Assembly: GCA_964016885.1 (NCBI GenBank) | Contig: OZ024743.1 | Span: 201,996,001-202,060,000, forward strand | Reading direction: 5' to 3' | DNA length: 64,000 bases | From: Eledone cirrhosa | Lineage: Eukaryota | Shown: positions 1 to 14,597 of the stretch, one piece after another | Layout of the letters: every line of letters begins with the position of its first letter | How positions within the stretch are numbered: position 1 is the first letter of the stretch | The notes under the pieces: model-generated | Told to the model about the DNA's origin: nothing | Databases searched by the model: none | The model's input: the letters and a program-made list of their open reading frames with translations, nothing else | Program-made: the position numbers and the translations under genes

Positions 1-130
1 TTGAGAATGAAATTAAGGGTACACGTGTCTATTGAATGCTCAGCCAAGTTCACTATAATTTTTTTAGTTTGGCTGTTATGTTGCTCGCATAACTAAAATA
101 TTGTTCATTGTATTCATTAGATGTCCAGTA
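1..130 (+). mobile_element. 3' part of tRNA-derived SINE family S2, cut by the window edge
   Basis: ttaagggtacacgtgtctattgaatgctcagcc matches the body of the copy at 61020-61065. Confidence 0.6.
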
Positions 131-424
131 TGTATTCGTTCACAAGTGCTTGTGCAAAAAATATCTTTATATATACATATGTGTATGTACACCATCGCCA
201 TTTTGAGGGATGCAATGGATGAGAACAGTATTATCAGATATCTGTGCGCATACAAACAAATATTCATACAGAGGCAGAGACATGAGTTGCATACGTGTAT
301 TTACGCGTTACAATTTAATGGTGGTGTATATATATAGATCGCTATCGCACACTTTTTGAATGGGTATTCCTACTCCTACTCTAGCAGCGAAATATAGGCA
401 CAAATATTATTTAAACACACACAT

Positions 425-461
<37 letters not shown>

Positions 462-463
<2 letters not shown>

Positions 464-845
464 GATCGGCAATGCCCGAGCAGTGTACCAATGCGTGTGC
501 AACGGTTTCCTCGTCGCACACGCATCTGGGACAGATCTTTTTCGAGGGGTCCTTACCCGGGCGCCCGTGTCTGTAGAGCCTTTCTCGAATGGGCAGAGCC
601 TTTCTGTAGCCAAACCAGACCAGGGACCTCTGGAAGTTATCCATGGGTCCCGGGCTGAATGTCCTACCGAACAGGTTGGCCAGTTCGTCTTCCTCCATGC
701 CTAGGGCTTCTCCGAGGGCGTCGTCGCACCTGCTAACCACCAGCCCTCTATAGAATGACGAGGTGGATTCTCCACTGACAGCCGGGTCCGCCTGCCAGAG
801 AGCCGTGAGCCCCTGGGCACACTCAGTGTGCCAGATAGATATCAT
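462..845 (-). mobile_element. Tx1/L1-group LINE fragment, ORF2 C-terminal zinc-finger region
   Basis: ORF 411..845 reads MDNFQRSLVWFGYRKALPIRERLY..CPRCVCDEETVAHALVHC (CxxC..H..C). It is homologous to ORF 15063..15824. Confidence 0.8.
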
Positions 846-1537
846 GGGTGCAAGCTCTGCTATGAGTATTGCAATCGCTTGTCAGATTACAGAAACTGCA
901 CTTTTAGGGTACGGCCAGCCACACGAACCTGTAACATAATCTGAACAAGCAATGACTGTGCTTTGAAAGTTTTTTTAAGTAGGGAAAATCCTTGCACTCG
1001 ATCAATCTCACTCCCTGAGCATCAATAACACTACCGAAAAGGAGAACTGGTCAACATACTCGGATGCTTCCGAAGCTGTAGGTATTTTTTCAGATTTTCC
1101 CTCTCTTAGAAAGATGTGACAACAATTGGAGGCCTTTCACTCACAGGTGGGAAAAAAGCACTATTTGGATGGCCGTTGACTCTGCTGAGTTCCTCCGCCC
1201 TTCACATATATACATACATATATACATACATATATACACATATTCACACCATTAAAACACATACACTCACAACCCCTCCTATATATATATATATATATAA
1301 TATAGTGGTAGAACACTGGAAGGTAATATCCGTAGTGGTAGAGCACTCAGTCCTTGGGACGAGTTAGGTAGAAGGGGTTACACAACAGTTAGTTCACCAT
1401 ACCGAGAACACTATATATAATATATATGAGTGTGTGTGTGTATACATTCTTACATATATATTTAAATACATATCCGTACATACGAATGTATATATATATG
1501 CATATTTTTATGTGTATCAATCTATCCATTTACCTAC

Positions 1538-2066
1538 CTGGTCTTCCTCTGTCTGGTGGCTATGGCGAAAGAGGTAATATGGTGGACGAGGTTAAAAGGA
1601 CTGAGGGCAAGCACCTTTCTCTCCGGACAACAACTCATCCCCTTCTTTAAGTACCACTTCAGAAGGAAGGTGAGAGTGGAGAGAGAGGTGCTACACCCCA
1701 ATAAATTCGCTGAAAGGTGGGGGAATGTGGCGAAATGACCCGGGTGAATAAGCCTTCTCTATATATAAACCTGTAGGTTGACGAAGTCGGGAACACCTAC
1801 AAAACGTGTTCCTGGTGTTGAGGGTTGTTCTATCCAGGGGGTGTAAAACAACCCCGCAGTTAGTTACCCCCCGCCACCTATTGGGGATTTGAATTGTTTT
1901 ATTTTTATATAGTTTATTGTTATTTATCATTGTTAAAGATTTTATGTAAAATCCCCGCCGTCACGTCTTGTAATGTCCCATTTTTGTACGTCCCTGTGGC
2001 AAATAAAGAAAGATATCTATCCATGTATCTATCTATCTATCTATCTATCTAACTATCTATCTATCT
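1538..2066 (+). mobile_element. Tx1-type LINE 3' end: last ORF2 codons, 3' UTR, AATAAA and (TATC)n tail
   Basis: ORF 1556..1738 (AKEVIWWTRLKGL..RKVRVERE..FAERW) is homologous to the reverse strand of 14900-15100. AATAAA is at 2002-2007, followed by (TATC)n. Confidence 0.75.
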
Positions 2067-3665
2067 AAAGTTGTCCAAAATAGCCTCAAATAGAAATAGG
2101 AAGGAAAGGGAGTTGGTAGATAGTGTAGAAGAGACAATTAGAAGCGGCGACGTGGCCAGAGTGCTAGCGTCGAGAACGGCCCTGGGCCAGTTCTTTGACG
2201 CGAAACACGAAGGCTGCATCGTACGAAGCATAATACGTGCTCTGGGAAACGAGGGGACCGAAGCTGTTAGCTGGGGCCGCGTGACAGAAGCCAAAAGAGG
2301 GAGCAGATCCACTATCCGGTCTTTGCGAGACCAGGATGGACGGGTGATCCTTGAACCTAAGCAGATGTGCGAGGCTTTTCAAAAGCACTTTGCCGGATTG
2401 TTCGGAAGAGGCGGGGAGCCGGTTGGGGATGTGGACTTCGGTCCATACCTCGACGGCCTGCCGCGTCTCTCGGACATGGAGGCGAAGTCCTGCGAGGAGC
2501 CGATTTTAGCCGCTGAGATAGAGGACGTGCTGAGCCAATGCGGCAAACGCAAATCCCCGGGTCTCGATGGTCTTCCATACGAACTATATCTAGCTATGCC
2601 GGACTTGTTCCCCGATCTCCTCGAGGCGGTCTACTGCAACTGGCAACAGAATGGGAGAATTCCCTGTGATGTGACCAAGGGCGTAGTCACGCTAGTGAGG
2701 AAGGACGAGAACAAGGGGGACGATATAAATAATTTCAGGCTCATAACTCTGCTAAATACAGAGTTACAGATTTTGGCCAAGGTGCTAGCAAAGAGGTTGG
2801 CGCTTGTCGTGGGCAACCCGGTGGGAGATGCGCAGACATGTGCTATCCCGTCCAGGTTCATCCACGACAACCTCCACCTCATGCGATACATCATAGAGAG
2901 GGTTGGGAACGAACCCGGCTTTGGTGGGGCCCTGATCAACTTGGATGAATCTAAGGCATTCGATAGGGTCGACCATGGTTACCTGGAGGCGGTGCTAGCG
3001 GCGGCAGGCTTCGGAACCGTTTTCAGGGGCTGGATCAATGCCATGCACAGCAGCCGCATCTGCTCAGGGTCAAGGTGAACGGCTACCTCTCGGAGCCGTT
3101 CGAAATCGCGCGGTCCATCCGACAGGAGTGCCCTCTCTCCTCCCTTCTGTATGTAATGACTCAAGAGCCACTGCTGCGGAAGTTGGAGTTGTTGCAGGGC
3201 ATCCCGTTGGAACCGGGATTGCGGAAAGCGGTGTCGGACTACGCCGACGACGTAACAGTAATGGTGTCGACGGCCTCGGAAATCGGGGCGATTGGCACCT
3301 TACTGGAGGAGTACCAAAGGTTTACAGGGGCTAAGCTGAACTGGGACAAGTCGATCGGTCTGCAACTCGGCACGTGGAGGGGCAGATCGATGCGCTCCGA
3401 TGGCATCGTCGGGCGCTGGACGGAGGGGGCCCGGTGAAGTTGCTCGGGGTCTGGTTCGGACCAGACCTCCAGGTGGAGAATAACTGGGGTGAGGTATCAA
3501 ACAGGTTGTTTACACTGACCCAGAAGTGGGCCGAGTGCACACTGTCCCTGAAAGGTCGGGCGGAGGTGGGGAACACTTATATAGCGTCCGCCATCTACTA
3601 CCGCCTGACCGTTGTGCCTTGCCCAAGGGAAACGCTCGCTAAAATGGAGCACGCACTCTTCCAAT
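2067..3665 (+). mobile_element. Tx1-type LINE ORF2 reverse transcriptase fragment, frameshifted and truncated
   Basis: Motifs KSPGLDGLPYE, NFRLITLLNTE, LDESKAFDRVDH, RQECPLS, YADD and LLGVWF are spread over ORFs 2071..3078, 3075..3437 and 3374..3700. Confidence 0.92.
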
Positions 3666-5024
3666 TCCACCCACTTGAACTGCACTACACCGCACTATAG
3701 GTAATTTAAGCATGAATTGATTGGCTTGGTAGTGTTGTGCAGAGGAAGTGCCTTCCTTGGACAGATGAAAAACGATTTAATCTAGTAACGCTGTTGAGCA
3801 GTAGGACCAGGATGCCGAACGCAGAGAATGAATGTATTGGAACTGACGTGCGGGTTGTACACATATGGATGATTTGATGGTCAGAGTGGGGTCATGAGGA
3901 CTGCGGATTGACCTCAGGTCGGCCCTGGTGATGATTATCTTTCGACATCCAATGTAGCAAGCGAGGACCCAGAACTTACCAGAGATCATTGCGTGTTGAA
4001 GTGATTCTGCAATCACCGCGCCTGGTCCTATGAGTAGACTACAACCACAGAGATTATTAATTTAGAATCCTCGCTCGTCATCTATAATATTAATTTGTGG
4101 CACCCTACGGTGGGGGTTAATTCACCATAATAATACGAACACCTTCAGCACAAATTAATAGACTACTCTATAGTTAAAACACTTTATGCTTTAGAAATGT
4201 TTTGGAAATTGCGCATAACCATAGAAATTTGGGTCTATTTTGAGACACATTTCAATAGCTAGTAATAGAAACCTCGGAGTTACCTCCCCTCATGCATTAA
4301 CTCCTCTTAGCCACACACACACTTCCGGGTAGTATTCAATGTCGATTCTCGAAACGTAACAGCCTCCTGTATTGAACTAAAGAACATCAGACTACGATTC
4401 TCTAACTGGATTGTCAAACGCTCAATATCGAATTGTCGTGGATTATGTGAGGGGCATATAATCTGAAAAATACACTCCCCTGACTATGAAAATGTCGAAG
4501 TGCATCAAGTCCATATCATCCCTTCACTGTGCATTTCCAATACTTTTAATATCTTTAATGCTTGCACTATTTTTAATGCTTATATCATTCCTCCACACAC
4601 AGACAATAACAATCATATACAGAATTTGCCACCAGATCAACCAACCTAACACTCTTGTTTACCTACCTAAGTGCTTCTACTACACGTAACTCTCTGCCAC
4701 ACTATATAAACAAGACGCACGTGTTTGCCACACATATAACATTTGCACTATACAACCGCTTATTTTCATGTTGTATTTTAACCTGTATTTTTGATTTTTG
4801 ATTGTACCTTTTAATATGAATGTAAGCTCTAAGTGTGTACTGCCACTCTAAATGCTGTAATGAATTTTGACCCACAATATTTGCATATGTATCTGTATGT
4901 CTCTTGGGTGAAAAGGAGGTCATATAACTGTCTATTCATTAATAAATTGCTCCGAAGAATCCAAACCTCGGTTTGGAGGAAACAGTTGTAAGCACAAAAT
5001 GTTTTGAACAGTTCTTTGATTCTT

Positions 5025-5092
<68 letters not shown>

Positions 5093-5387
5093 TGTGTGTG
5101 TGTATATATATATGAGTGTGTGTGTCTGTGTGTGGGGGTGTGGGGGTGGGGGTGTAATTGTGTGTGTATAATGATTTGGAATGAGGTGTCAAAGTATCAT
5201 CAGTAAGTTTTTTAGGTGCGACGCACGTTTCGCTATTGATCAGCTCAAGGTACGTTCGCTCTGGAATCAACAAGTTATATGATTGTAGGTTCCATAATGA
5301 CGGTAGATATCCGCGTAGTGCTTTAAATTAATATTTCTTATTTACATATATAGACATACAGATATCTAGCAAGCTAGCTAGCTAACT

Positions 5388-5390
5388 AGT

Positions 5391-5458
<68 letters not shown>

Positions 5459-5530
5459 TTTCTTTTTATTTGCCACCAGGGCATCAAAAAGTGGGACAAG
5501 TACAATGGGGGGAGTTTACATCAAATCATC
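5388..5530 (-). mobile_element. Short Tx1-type 3' end with (TATC)n tail
   Basis: The reverse strand reads ccctggtggcaaataaaaagaaattatctatc, matching the terminus at 1990-2030. Confidence 0.6.
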
Positions 5531-6441
5531 CATAGTTCTTTGATTCTTATATTTCATATAACTGCTCTGTAAATCATCTGATGTTTTTACATTGAGCTAC
5601 TTAACTTACTGGTAATAAGGTAGTAATATATTACTGCCTACCACTATTTAGGGTTTGTATTAAAAAATATAACTGCAAAAGGTTTTTGTATTTACATAAC
5701 CATAAATAGTATAATTAATACTATATATATATATATATATCGATATCGATCTCTGTTTATATACTTGTATATATGCATGTTTATGAATACACACACACGC
5801 AGAAGCACACACATGGAGAGATATCGATATACGCACGCTCACATAGAGACCTTATCACACATATATAGAAAACAAATCTACACGTTGGATTGGTTGAGAT
5901 TGTGTATGTGTGTGTAACTAACCAGATAAATGGACACACGAACATGAAACTGTATATAAAAAATAAATAGATAACTACAATAAAAATAAAACTGATCGCT
6001 GTTTATAGTTGGACCGATACTTCTGAAATAAAAGTTTATTTTGGTAAGTACACATTCACTTAATTGGCTTCATTGTTCCTCGCAGAATTTATTTCCGTCA
6101 CAGGCTTTTAGGAGTGTTAAATTTGTTCTGTCAGAGAAGATATTTCCTCAAAGATCTCTCTGCTTTCTGCCCTTTGCCTTGTTTTAGATGAATCGAAATC
6201 TAGTGCGCAATGCAACAATAATATCTATAATATTAATAATAATAATTATTATTTTTAAATTAAAAAGAATAAAATCAACAATACCTTAAAAGACAAAGCA
6301 ATGTGATTTTTTAACAATATTTTGTAACTATCACTATACAGACTTAGTTTTTTTATTTCCTCTCTCACTTTCTCTCTCCTCCCCGCTCTCTCGCTCTCTC
6401 TCTCTCTCCCTCTCTCTTAGGTTCACTCTTTCTCTCCCTCT

Positions 6442-6490
<49 letters not shown>

Positions 6491-6530
6491 AATGATATTA
6501 ATACATGGAAACTATCTTTATAAAACCATA

Positions 6531-6595
6531 TTTATTTTATTATATATATTTCAAGGGTACCAACATTTTGGTACGCTCTCTTCAGATAAAATACA
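6531..6595 (-). ncRNA. Minimal type I hammerhead motif, family A
   Basis: Reverse strand: tattttat CTGAAGA gagcgtacca-aaatgt-tggtaccctt GAAA t-atat-a TA ataaaata. Confidence 0.7.
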
Positions 6596-6847
6596 AAAAT
6601 TGTTTTATAAATGTTGACATATCCCAAAAAAAGAACTTAAACTTTTAAGTTCATTTTGGATATATATAATATATATATAATAAGGAGCAAGAACAAGGAA
6701 TCAACAAAACAGCATTATGCTTATTCAAACGTGACGCACGTTTCACGATCGATCAGCTCAATGTACGATCGTACCTGACTCTCGAATCATAACAATGTTA
6801 TATTGCTACTTCATCCCTGTTCTATATTACTATTAATTTTTTATTAT

Positions 6848-7075
6848 TAGCATTGGCAGTATCGGTAGAGTGTAGGACACCTTGCTTCGTGGCATATTGT
6901 TACGTCCCTTTACGTTCTGAGTTCAAATTCCACCGATGTTAGCTCTGCCTTTCGTATACGGGGTCGATAAAATTAACCACCAGTAATGCACTGGGGTCGA
7001 TTTAATCGACTTTCCCCTCCCCTTCAAATTTCTGTCCTTGTGCCTAAAATAGAAGCAATTATTATTAAATATATT
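6848..7075 (+). mobile_element. tRNA-derived SINE family S1
   Basis: A/B-box-like head (ggcagtatcggtaga..gagttcaaattcc), central gcctttc..ggggtcgataaaat and tail ccttgtgcctaaaatagaa. More than 10 copies occur in the window. Confidence 0.75.
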
Positions 7076-8104
7076 ATTATTATTAATCTGAGTTTGCTGC
7101 GAAATGATCATGGCTTAAAATGCTTGTAACAAGACTAAATGTATAAGTATTATATACAAACACATTGTATATGTGTTCCTATAAGCCTTTACGCTGAATA
7201 TTCTTTGATATACGACATTATGCTTCTATCATATGGACTCTAATAGGATAGAAGAATAATTCGACCATTGGCTTTACTCACAGCATAAAATAAATACAAG
7301 TCATTAATTGCCCACTTTAACCTAATCTGCTAAACTGAAGCTACTTGCATATTTTTGTGGTTTTAGCAATTTTGAGATCTTCTTAAATTTGATGGTCGAG
7401 GAGTAGATTGTATTTTCACATCAGATACATAAGTTGAATGCTTGGTACAAAGTTAATTCAAATAAACACCCCCAATGACTAGCTGGTTGTATTAAACTAA
7501 GCAATGAATCAACTCTTGACATTCCGTAAGATATCTAAATGTTATGTCAATTCCAAATATTTCTAGTATATATAATAATTTGCAGTTTTAGGCTAAAGGC
7601 AATTTTTCATGTGATACAATTATAGTGCTGCTTTGTACTTTTTTGAGAATGTCTCACTAATGTGGTCTCCCGAGTAGTAACTTAAGAGTTAAGTATACAG
7701 AGCATGAACAAGATAGGTCCTCATGACGGGCTTCCATATAGCTGTAATCGACATGATACTATTGCAGAAGATACTTGCTCGAGCAGAGAAGGGAAATACT
7801 TAACCACACAGTGAAGTCTGCACCCACATTGTAACAATGGTATCTAATTTTGGCACAAGGTCAGCAATTATTGTGGCGGCAAGAAGAGAAGTTCTATTAA
7901 ATCCTTCTCTGACTGGCACTATACTTTACCGATTACCGATTACGGAAGCTTGAAAGGAAAATTTGATCTCGGCGGAAGTTAAGATTTGGACCAATGTAAA
8001 GTGCAGGAAATGAACAATTACTTCAAAGAATTTTGTCCAACGATATAACGGTTATCCAGTCTACCATTCTCACTCACTTAGATAAGGCAAATAGACTTTC
8101 TCGT

Positions 8105-8582
8105 TTTCGACGATGGGTGTTCCGGTTGTTTGTTCAACGGAGCAAACAGCTTTCTCACAAAATTAATGTGCATATGGCTGAGCATTATTTATGTGGATTG
8201 GTGGATTGGCATTATCGGTAGAGGGTCGGACGCCATGCTTTGCAGCATAGAGTGACGGCTCTTTATGGTTTGAGTTCAAATCACGCCGTGGTCAACTTTG
8301 CCTTTCATCCTTACGGGGTAGATAAAATAAAGTACCATTAATGCACTGGGATAATTGCTAGCTTTGTGCCAAAAGCATAAACAATTATTTATGTAATTCT
8401 CAGGGAGATTCAGCTTGACACGGTGAGTGACAAAATTGGACAAATACATGTATAACTGTTCCTTTTTTCTTTGCAATTGAATGGAATGGGTCAACGAGAA
8501 ATGTGTTGCGTAGCTTAAGGCAACAACATGCCGCTTGGTCTGAGAATCGAACTCATCACCTTACAATCCTAAGCTGAATACC
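8105..8582 (-). mobile_element. SINE S2 copy interrupted by an S1 copy (+ strand, ~8200-8388)
   Basis: The S2 3' part lies at 8105-8185 and its 5' part with B box (gagttcgattc on the - strand) at 8390-8582. They flank an S1 copy. Confidence 0.6.
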
Positions 8583-8840
8583 ACTTCTTAAATAATGCAA
8601 CCATCCTACAATAATTGCTAAATCATTATAACATGCTTCAATCAGCAATCCTCGTTTTCTTGTGTTTTACATGCTAAAAGTGTTACACCGTTTCCTTTGA
8701 ACTTATAATTATTATTTCAACAGACGCTATAGCTAGCTAATTTCAATTCAGTTATTTACAATAGCATCATATGCCACAATAACGAAATTTATTTTATCGC
8801 TCTACTAGTCGCGTACACATTTATTATCATTGTTATTGTT

Positions 8841-8875
<35 letters not shown>

Positions 8876-9448
8876 GTACTACTACTACCACCACCACAAC
8901 AACAACCACAACTACTACCACCACCACCACAATCATCATCATCATAATCATCATCACCGATATTATTATTATTATTTCATTGTATTAAATGTCTTTTTTT
9001 AAATTCTGTAATGGCAACATTTTTATTATTAGTAGTATTTATTCGCTATGTTTTTGTGTCAAAACGAAATTTAATCGAAGCCAAAAATTTCACCTCAAAC
9101 GTAGAACTAACTCATAGAAAATGTTTGCTTTTGCAGAAACACAGGCACACATGCCCATATACATAGAAAAAACGAGTATGTGGCTCTGGTGTTGTTATAT
9201 GTTGTGTAAACATATGTGCTTTTATGAATGTGCTTGAACCAGAATGTATGTATGTATAGGTGTGTGCGACTGTATATGCATATATTTGTGCCTATGTGTA
9301 TATATAAATGTGTGAGCGTGTGAGTGTCTGTGGGGGTGAAATATGAAAAGAAAAGAAGCCATTTTCAAAAATAATATAGCAGCTCACCAAAAATTGTCAA
9401 TATTTGTACATAATCACTGAAGAATGACAACAAAGACGATGATTACAA

Positions 9449-9479
<31 letters not shown>

Positions 9480-9837
9480 TTAATAATAATAATAATAATA
9501 ATAATAATGATGATGAGGATGATGATAAGAATGAGAAGAACATCGGTAAAAGTAAACAAATTGTAATGCAGAAAACTTGAGAAGTTGTCCCGTGATTTGT
9601 TCAAATAAGATCTTTAAAATCAATTACATTTCTAAGCACACCTACTATCCACCACTTCCTTATAAATGAGCATATTTGTATGTATGTATATTTGTAATAC
9701 AAGTACATACACACACACACACGCGTGCGCGCGCACCAACATACCCCCCTCCCCTCCCCCCACACACACATATATATATGTATACATATATTCTATGTTT
9801 GGGTCCAACGTTATACTGTTATATCATTCTGTAAATA

Positions 9838-9910
9838 ACACCTGATGAGATCGCATACTTTTGCATCATAATCGGGTGATAGACCCGAGACATCGAAATA
9901 TGTATAGTGC
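9838..9910 (+). ncRNA. Minimal type I hammerhead motif with branched stem II
   Basis: cac CTGATGA gat[two hairpins]atc GAAA t-atgt-a TA gtg, inside a ~320-bp segment bounded by TA runs. Confidence 0.65.
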
Positions 9911-10117
9911 TTTCCCGGAATTTCTAAAGTAAATTTTCCAGTCCGGCCTTCCGTTGTTGTTTTAATGAATACTTTTCTCCGATCCTGTATCAGCCACTGG
10001 ATACCACATCGACGATGAATGATTTGCATAACGTCGAGTGCTTTAATTACTTTGTTGCAACATCGTTTACCAACTCAAACCACCGGTTCTACCAAATGGT
10101 AGAGATTCTAAAATTAT

Positions 10118-10153
<36 letters not shown>

Positions 10154-11150
10154 GCGTGTAAAGAAAATGTAGGATGCTCAGGCGCAGAAAATGGCTGCAA
10201 TTACTGCCAGTAGCTATAAAATAGTTTATAAGAATCGGTAACAGAAAAATAGTACCAGCGGTCGCTACGATGAATCGAACTCTGTACCTCTCGGATACCG
10301 GCTGGGTATTCTACCCATTCATCTGAGGGATCTCTGCCAACATCTTACCGTCTAAATTAAGGATCTGAATGAAACAGCTTTTGAAAATGTAAACAAACGA
10401 CGTGTTTGAAGCTCAACATTTGGAACATACGAAGCGCAGAGGAAATAGATTTATAAGATGTACGATACCCAGGCAAAGAAAATAACTGCAATTACAGTCT
10501 GTTGCTACAAAAGAACTTATAAATGTATTTCCTCAACGCTTCCATAAGTTCGAAAATTAGAGCTCCCACATGAAATTTATTCATATACATACCTACATAT
10601 ATATATATGTATGTATGCATGTAAGTATATAAAGCAAAAGCGAGTATGGTTTAAACGAGAGAATGTATGGTTGCCCGTTTGTATGTATGAAAGGTTTAAC
10701 GTGTTTTGCAATGACAACTTTGTTGGAGTTTGGTTATGAGTACGTGCCTAACATGTACGAAAGAACCCTGGCAAAGTTCATTTCACCCATATCCGTTCAA
10801 TATAAATTTTGACGCAAAGGGAACTCACATTGAACGAATGAAAACTTCTGTGTAGAATGCAGTTATTTATTGGTCAAAACTCGAGTTTGAAACTTCGTTC
10901 AAATCTTCGGATGGTTTATGGAAATCACGTGGCTGTGAAAAGTAAGATCTTAGCTATAGGCGCCACTGGCCAATGTTGTCCATCTCTAGGGGGTAATCTT
11001 TCTTAGTTATTATCTGAAGGGATCAACCCTTACAACTATTTATGTTCGGCGTTTGGGATTCTTTTCATTTTCAACAATATATATACACCCCCTATATATA
11101 TATATATATATATACATATATACATATATATATACATATATATATATATA

Positions 11151-11226
<76 letters not shown>

Positions 11227-11305
11227 CATATATATATATACACGCACACACACACACATAAATATACACGCACACACACACAGATACACACACACACACA
11301 GATAT

Positions 11306-11357
<52 letters not shown>

Positions 11358-11919
11358 CGTTTATGCCGATATGAAATACATTTAGGGGAGAATAACAGAA
11401 GTAAACAGAAAACAAATATATCAGTTAGATGTCGACGAAAAGAGTTCAGCAATTAATAAAGCCTCCTGTGCATAAAAACCAAATCACTTGTTCAAAAGAG
11501 GCAATGATATCTGAAAGATATTTGTGAGTTAATCTTTGTGAAGTAGTATTCTGTGTAGGCAGCGTGGGTGGAGACTGTGCAAGTTTCATCATATAATCAT
11601 GTATTATATCTATTCTTCTTAGAAAGTACCAGTAATGCACTGGGTAATTGCTGGCCTTGTGCCTAAAGTAGAAACAATTATATCTATTCTTCTTCTTTTA
11701 TTGTTGCTGCAGGGTTGCTTTTATTCTGTTGTGTATAAAATTAATATCGGAAATTTCTTTTGCTTTCCTGTCACAAGAAATAATATGGAAAATATCACTA
11801 ACCAAATTTTTTCTCAATAGCAACTTCTTTTTATTGTAATCATCGCTCTGTTAGATTGTGTATCAAACTTACGCACGAAATTGCTTCTAAAGACTCCTAC
11901 ACTCATATATTATTGTTGA

Positions 11920-12218
11920 TGGACCTCCGTTGGTTTTGATGAAGTGTGTTCCATCTGTTTCTCGCTTGATGAAAAGATAAACCTTGAACTTATGTAGACA
12001 CGTGTACTCGTAATGTAGTTCTAAGGAGGATTCAGTGTATCACATTGAGTGGCAAGGTAGATTCATTGAATTACATGTACAACATATAAAAGTTTTTGAG
12101 ATGATGTGATTGAAGCAACACGAAATAAAGAGTTTCATCAAAGGCTCAAAGCTCCCCCAGAAAACGATCTTACGATAATAAGCTGAACACCGTAACCACG
12201 ATGACATACGCCTTCACA
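11920..12218 (-). mobile_element. Degenerate SINE S2
   Basis: Similar to 60815-61146 (gtagacacgtgtac, gtagttctaaggaggattcag). Confidence 0.5.
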
Positions 12219-12413
12219 CAAACACTTACATCATTCCTAAAAGAAATCGTTCAGTTGATCAATCAATACATTTATATATATGTTACAGTCAATATTTATC
12301 TATATCTATCTATCTATCTATCCCCCTCTTTCTCTCTCGTTATATATACACACACACATATACACATATGAATGTATATATATATAGAGAGAGATATATA
12401 AATATATATATAA

Positions 12414-12485
<72 letters not shown>

Positions 12486-12552
12486 TCACCTTTTTCCTAT
12501 CTATTTCTCCGTCTATCCGTTTATCTGTTTCCATACTTTTGGTTCTCTCTGC

Positions 12553-12590
<38 letters not shown>

Positions 12591-13394
12591 ATATGTGCAT
12601 ACATACATACGTAATGTTATTGGTTATTCATACGTTTGAATCTCTCTCTTTCTTCTTCTCTGTCTCTCTCTCTATATATATATATGTATAAATGTATACA
12701 CCACCACACATATGCACACAAACAACATCTCTTACACACATTCACTCATGCACACATACATAAATAGATAGAAAGTGAGAAAGAGGCAGGATTTTTCTAA
12801 TAAAACAACTCTAGCGCACATCTGAAAGGTTACAATCTGTCAACAACAGATAAGAAGAACATTTCAAAGATTTACTTAATCGTGGTGCAGCCATCGATAG
12901 ATCCTAACATAATATCATCGGAGGATTTATTTGCACCAGGTGACCTTAGACGAAAATCGCAATCAATTTTCTAAAAACATAAAATAAGATATTATCTGAC
13001 CGTTTCTTTCGTATGTCCTCACAATAAACCTCCCTTTCCGATTTGTATATATCGCCATCGAACCATCCGGTGGCCTCTGTCCCCATTTTTGCTCCGACAA
13101 ATCGAGAGGTGGGCATTATGCCCAATGAAATTGCTCAGTGATGTGAAATAGATGATGCCTCAGATATTTCTATTCTCTGTGAAAATATTTTTGCCATTTT
13201 GTCCACGGGGCGCAGCAGATGATATATACTGCCCATTTATGGGTATATAGTTTGTCTCCTCTCTAAAATACAGTTCAATATGATACATGCGAGGGTGGGC
13301 TAAAAGGTTTTATAGGTTGACTATGAACGAGTGATGTTAGAGATGTGAAACTTGCATACATTAATTTCAACTCGTCTTCTTAATGATTTCTAGT

Positions 13395-13600
13395 ATAGGC
13401 ACAATGCCAGTAATTTGGGGGGGAGGGGAGTCGATTAAATCGACCCCAGTACGTTACTGGTGCTTCATTTTATCTACCCCGTAAGGATGAAAGGCAAAGT
13501 TAACCTCGGCGGGATTTGAACTCAGATCGTAAAGGGTCGTAACTCTATGCTGCAAAGCATGGTGTCCGGCTCTCTACCGATACTGCGAATCCACCGCCCT
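13395..13600 (-). mobile_element. SINE S1
   Basis: ggatgaaaggcaaagttaacctcggcgggatttgaactcaga, with head end aatccaccgccc. Confidence 0.75.
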
Positions 13601-14364
13601 CACTCTTCTTATTTAATACAGCATTGTTTCTTTCCAGGAAATATGTTGAATGTTATACATAATTTGGTCAGTCCAAGAGAGTATCTTGGTCAGCCTTTGA
13701 ACTTATCAGTTGATTCTCGTATTAAATTAACGTTTGGTATAGTAGAAAATGTGTCTAAACATTTCGATCGTTAGTCCTTCATCAGAAAATGAAATGAGAG
13801 ATAGTAGTATCACTGCTGCTGTTGTTGATATTTTTACTTTTGCTATCATGAATGTTCCTGCTGCTGCTGTTGTTGTTCTTGTTATAAAATGTTAGTTTTT
13901 GTAAGGGTTTTTGGTTACATTTCAAATGTCTTTGTTTTTCTGTTTACTTATCAAAGCGTTAATTAAAGTTTGGTTTTGTAATTGCGTCCTTTTGCTTAAT
14001 CATTCTAATACTTTTCTCTATTTGTCCTTTAGTTCTAATATTTGTGATTTTATTTCCACGATTATGAATATAATTCTTTCAAAATGATTGTAACCAGCTG
14101 GGCTGAGCAGATCCCAGAAATTATCTTTGATGGTAGAGATCCGTCGAAGATACCTAGGAATTTTATTATCTAACATATCTGATTCTGTAGTTATGCACAG
14201 AAATAGGCGTGAATGCTACGTTATTGACGTTAACCACTTTAACCGTTACTTTAAAAGGACTTTTGCAAAATAAAAGTATACAGAAGTGTATAAAAAATAT
14301 CTTATTTTTCCGACACAAAGTTAACGTGAGGGGCGCTATAAAGTTGTAATGCCAAATAGTGGTT

Positions 14365-14582
14365 TCTGATTTAGGCACAAGGCCAACAATTATCGGGGTG
14401 AAGGAACAAGTAGAGCAAATCGATTCAGTGCATGAATGGTACTCTATTTTATCGACCCCATAAGGATGAAAGGAAAGGCAAAGCTAATCTCGGTGGCTTT
14501 TGAACTCAGAACGTAAAGTGCCGTAACTATATGCCGCAAAACATAATGTCCAATTATTTACCGATACTACAAATCCTCCACA
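14365..14582 (-). mobile_element. SINE S1
   Basis: Same family motifs as 13395-13600. Confidence 0.65.
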
Positions 14583-14597
14583 TTGTTGTAATACCTC

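Noticed and set aside
3700-4481. Possible LTR remnant on the - strand (aggggag then TG at 4474; tggtg at 4127)
   Set aside because: The motifs are short, there is no second LTR and no clear gag/pol similarity.
5215-6790. Two related segments (5215-5270, 6725-6790) with gaaac-gtgc-gtc on the - strand
   Set aside because: They resemble a hammerhead 3' half, but I found no convincing CUGANGA and stem I, so they are not counted.
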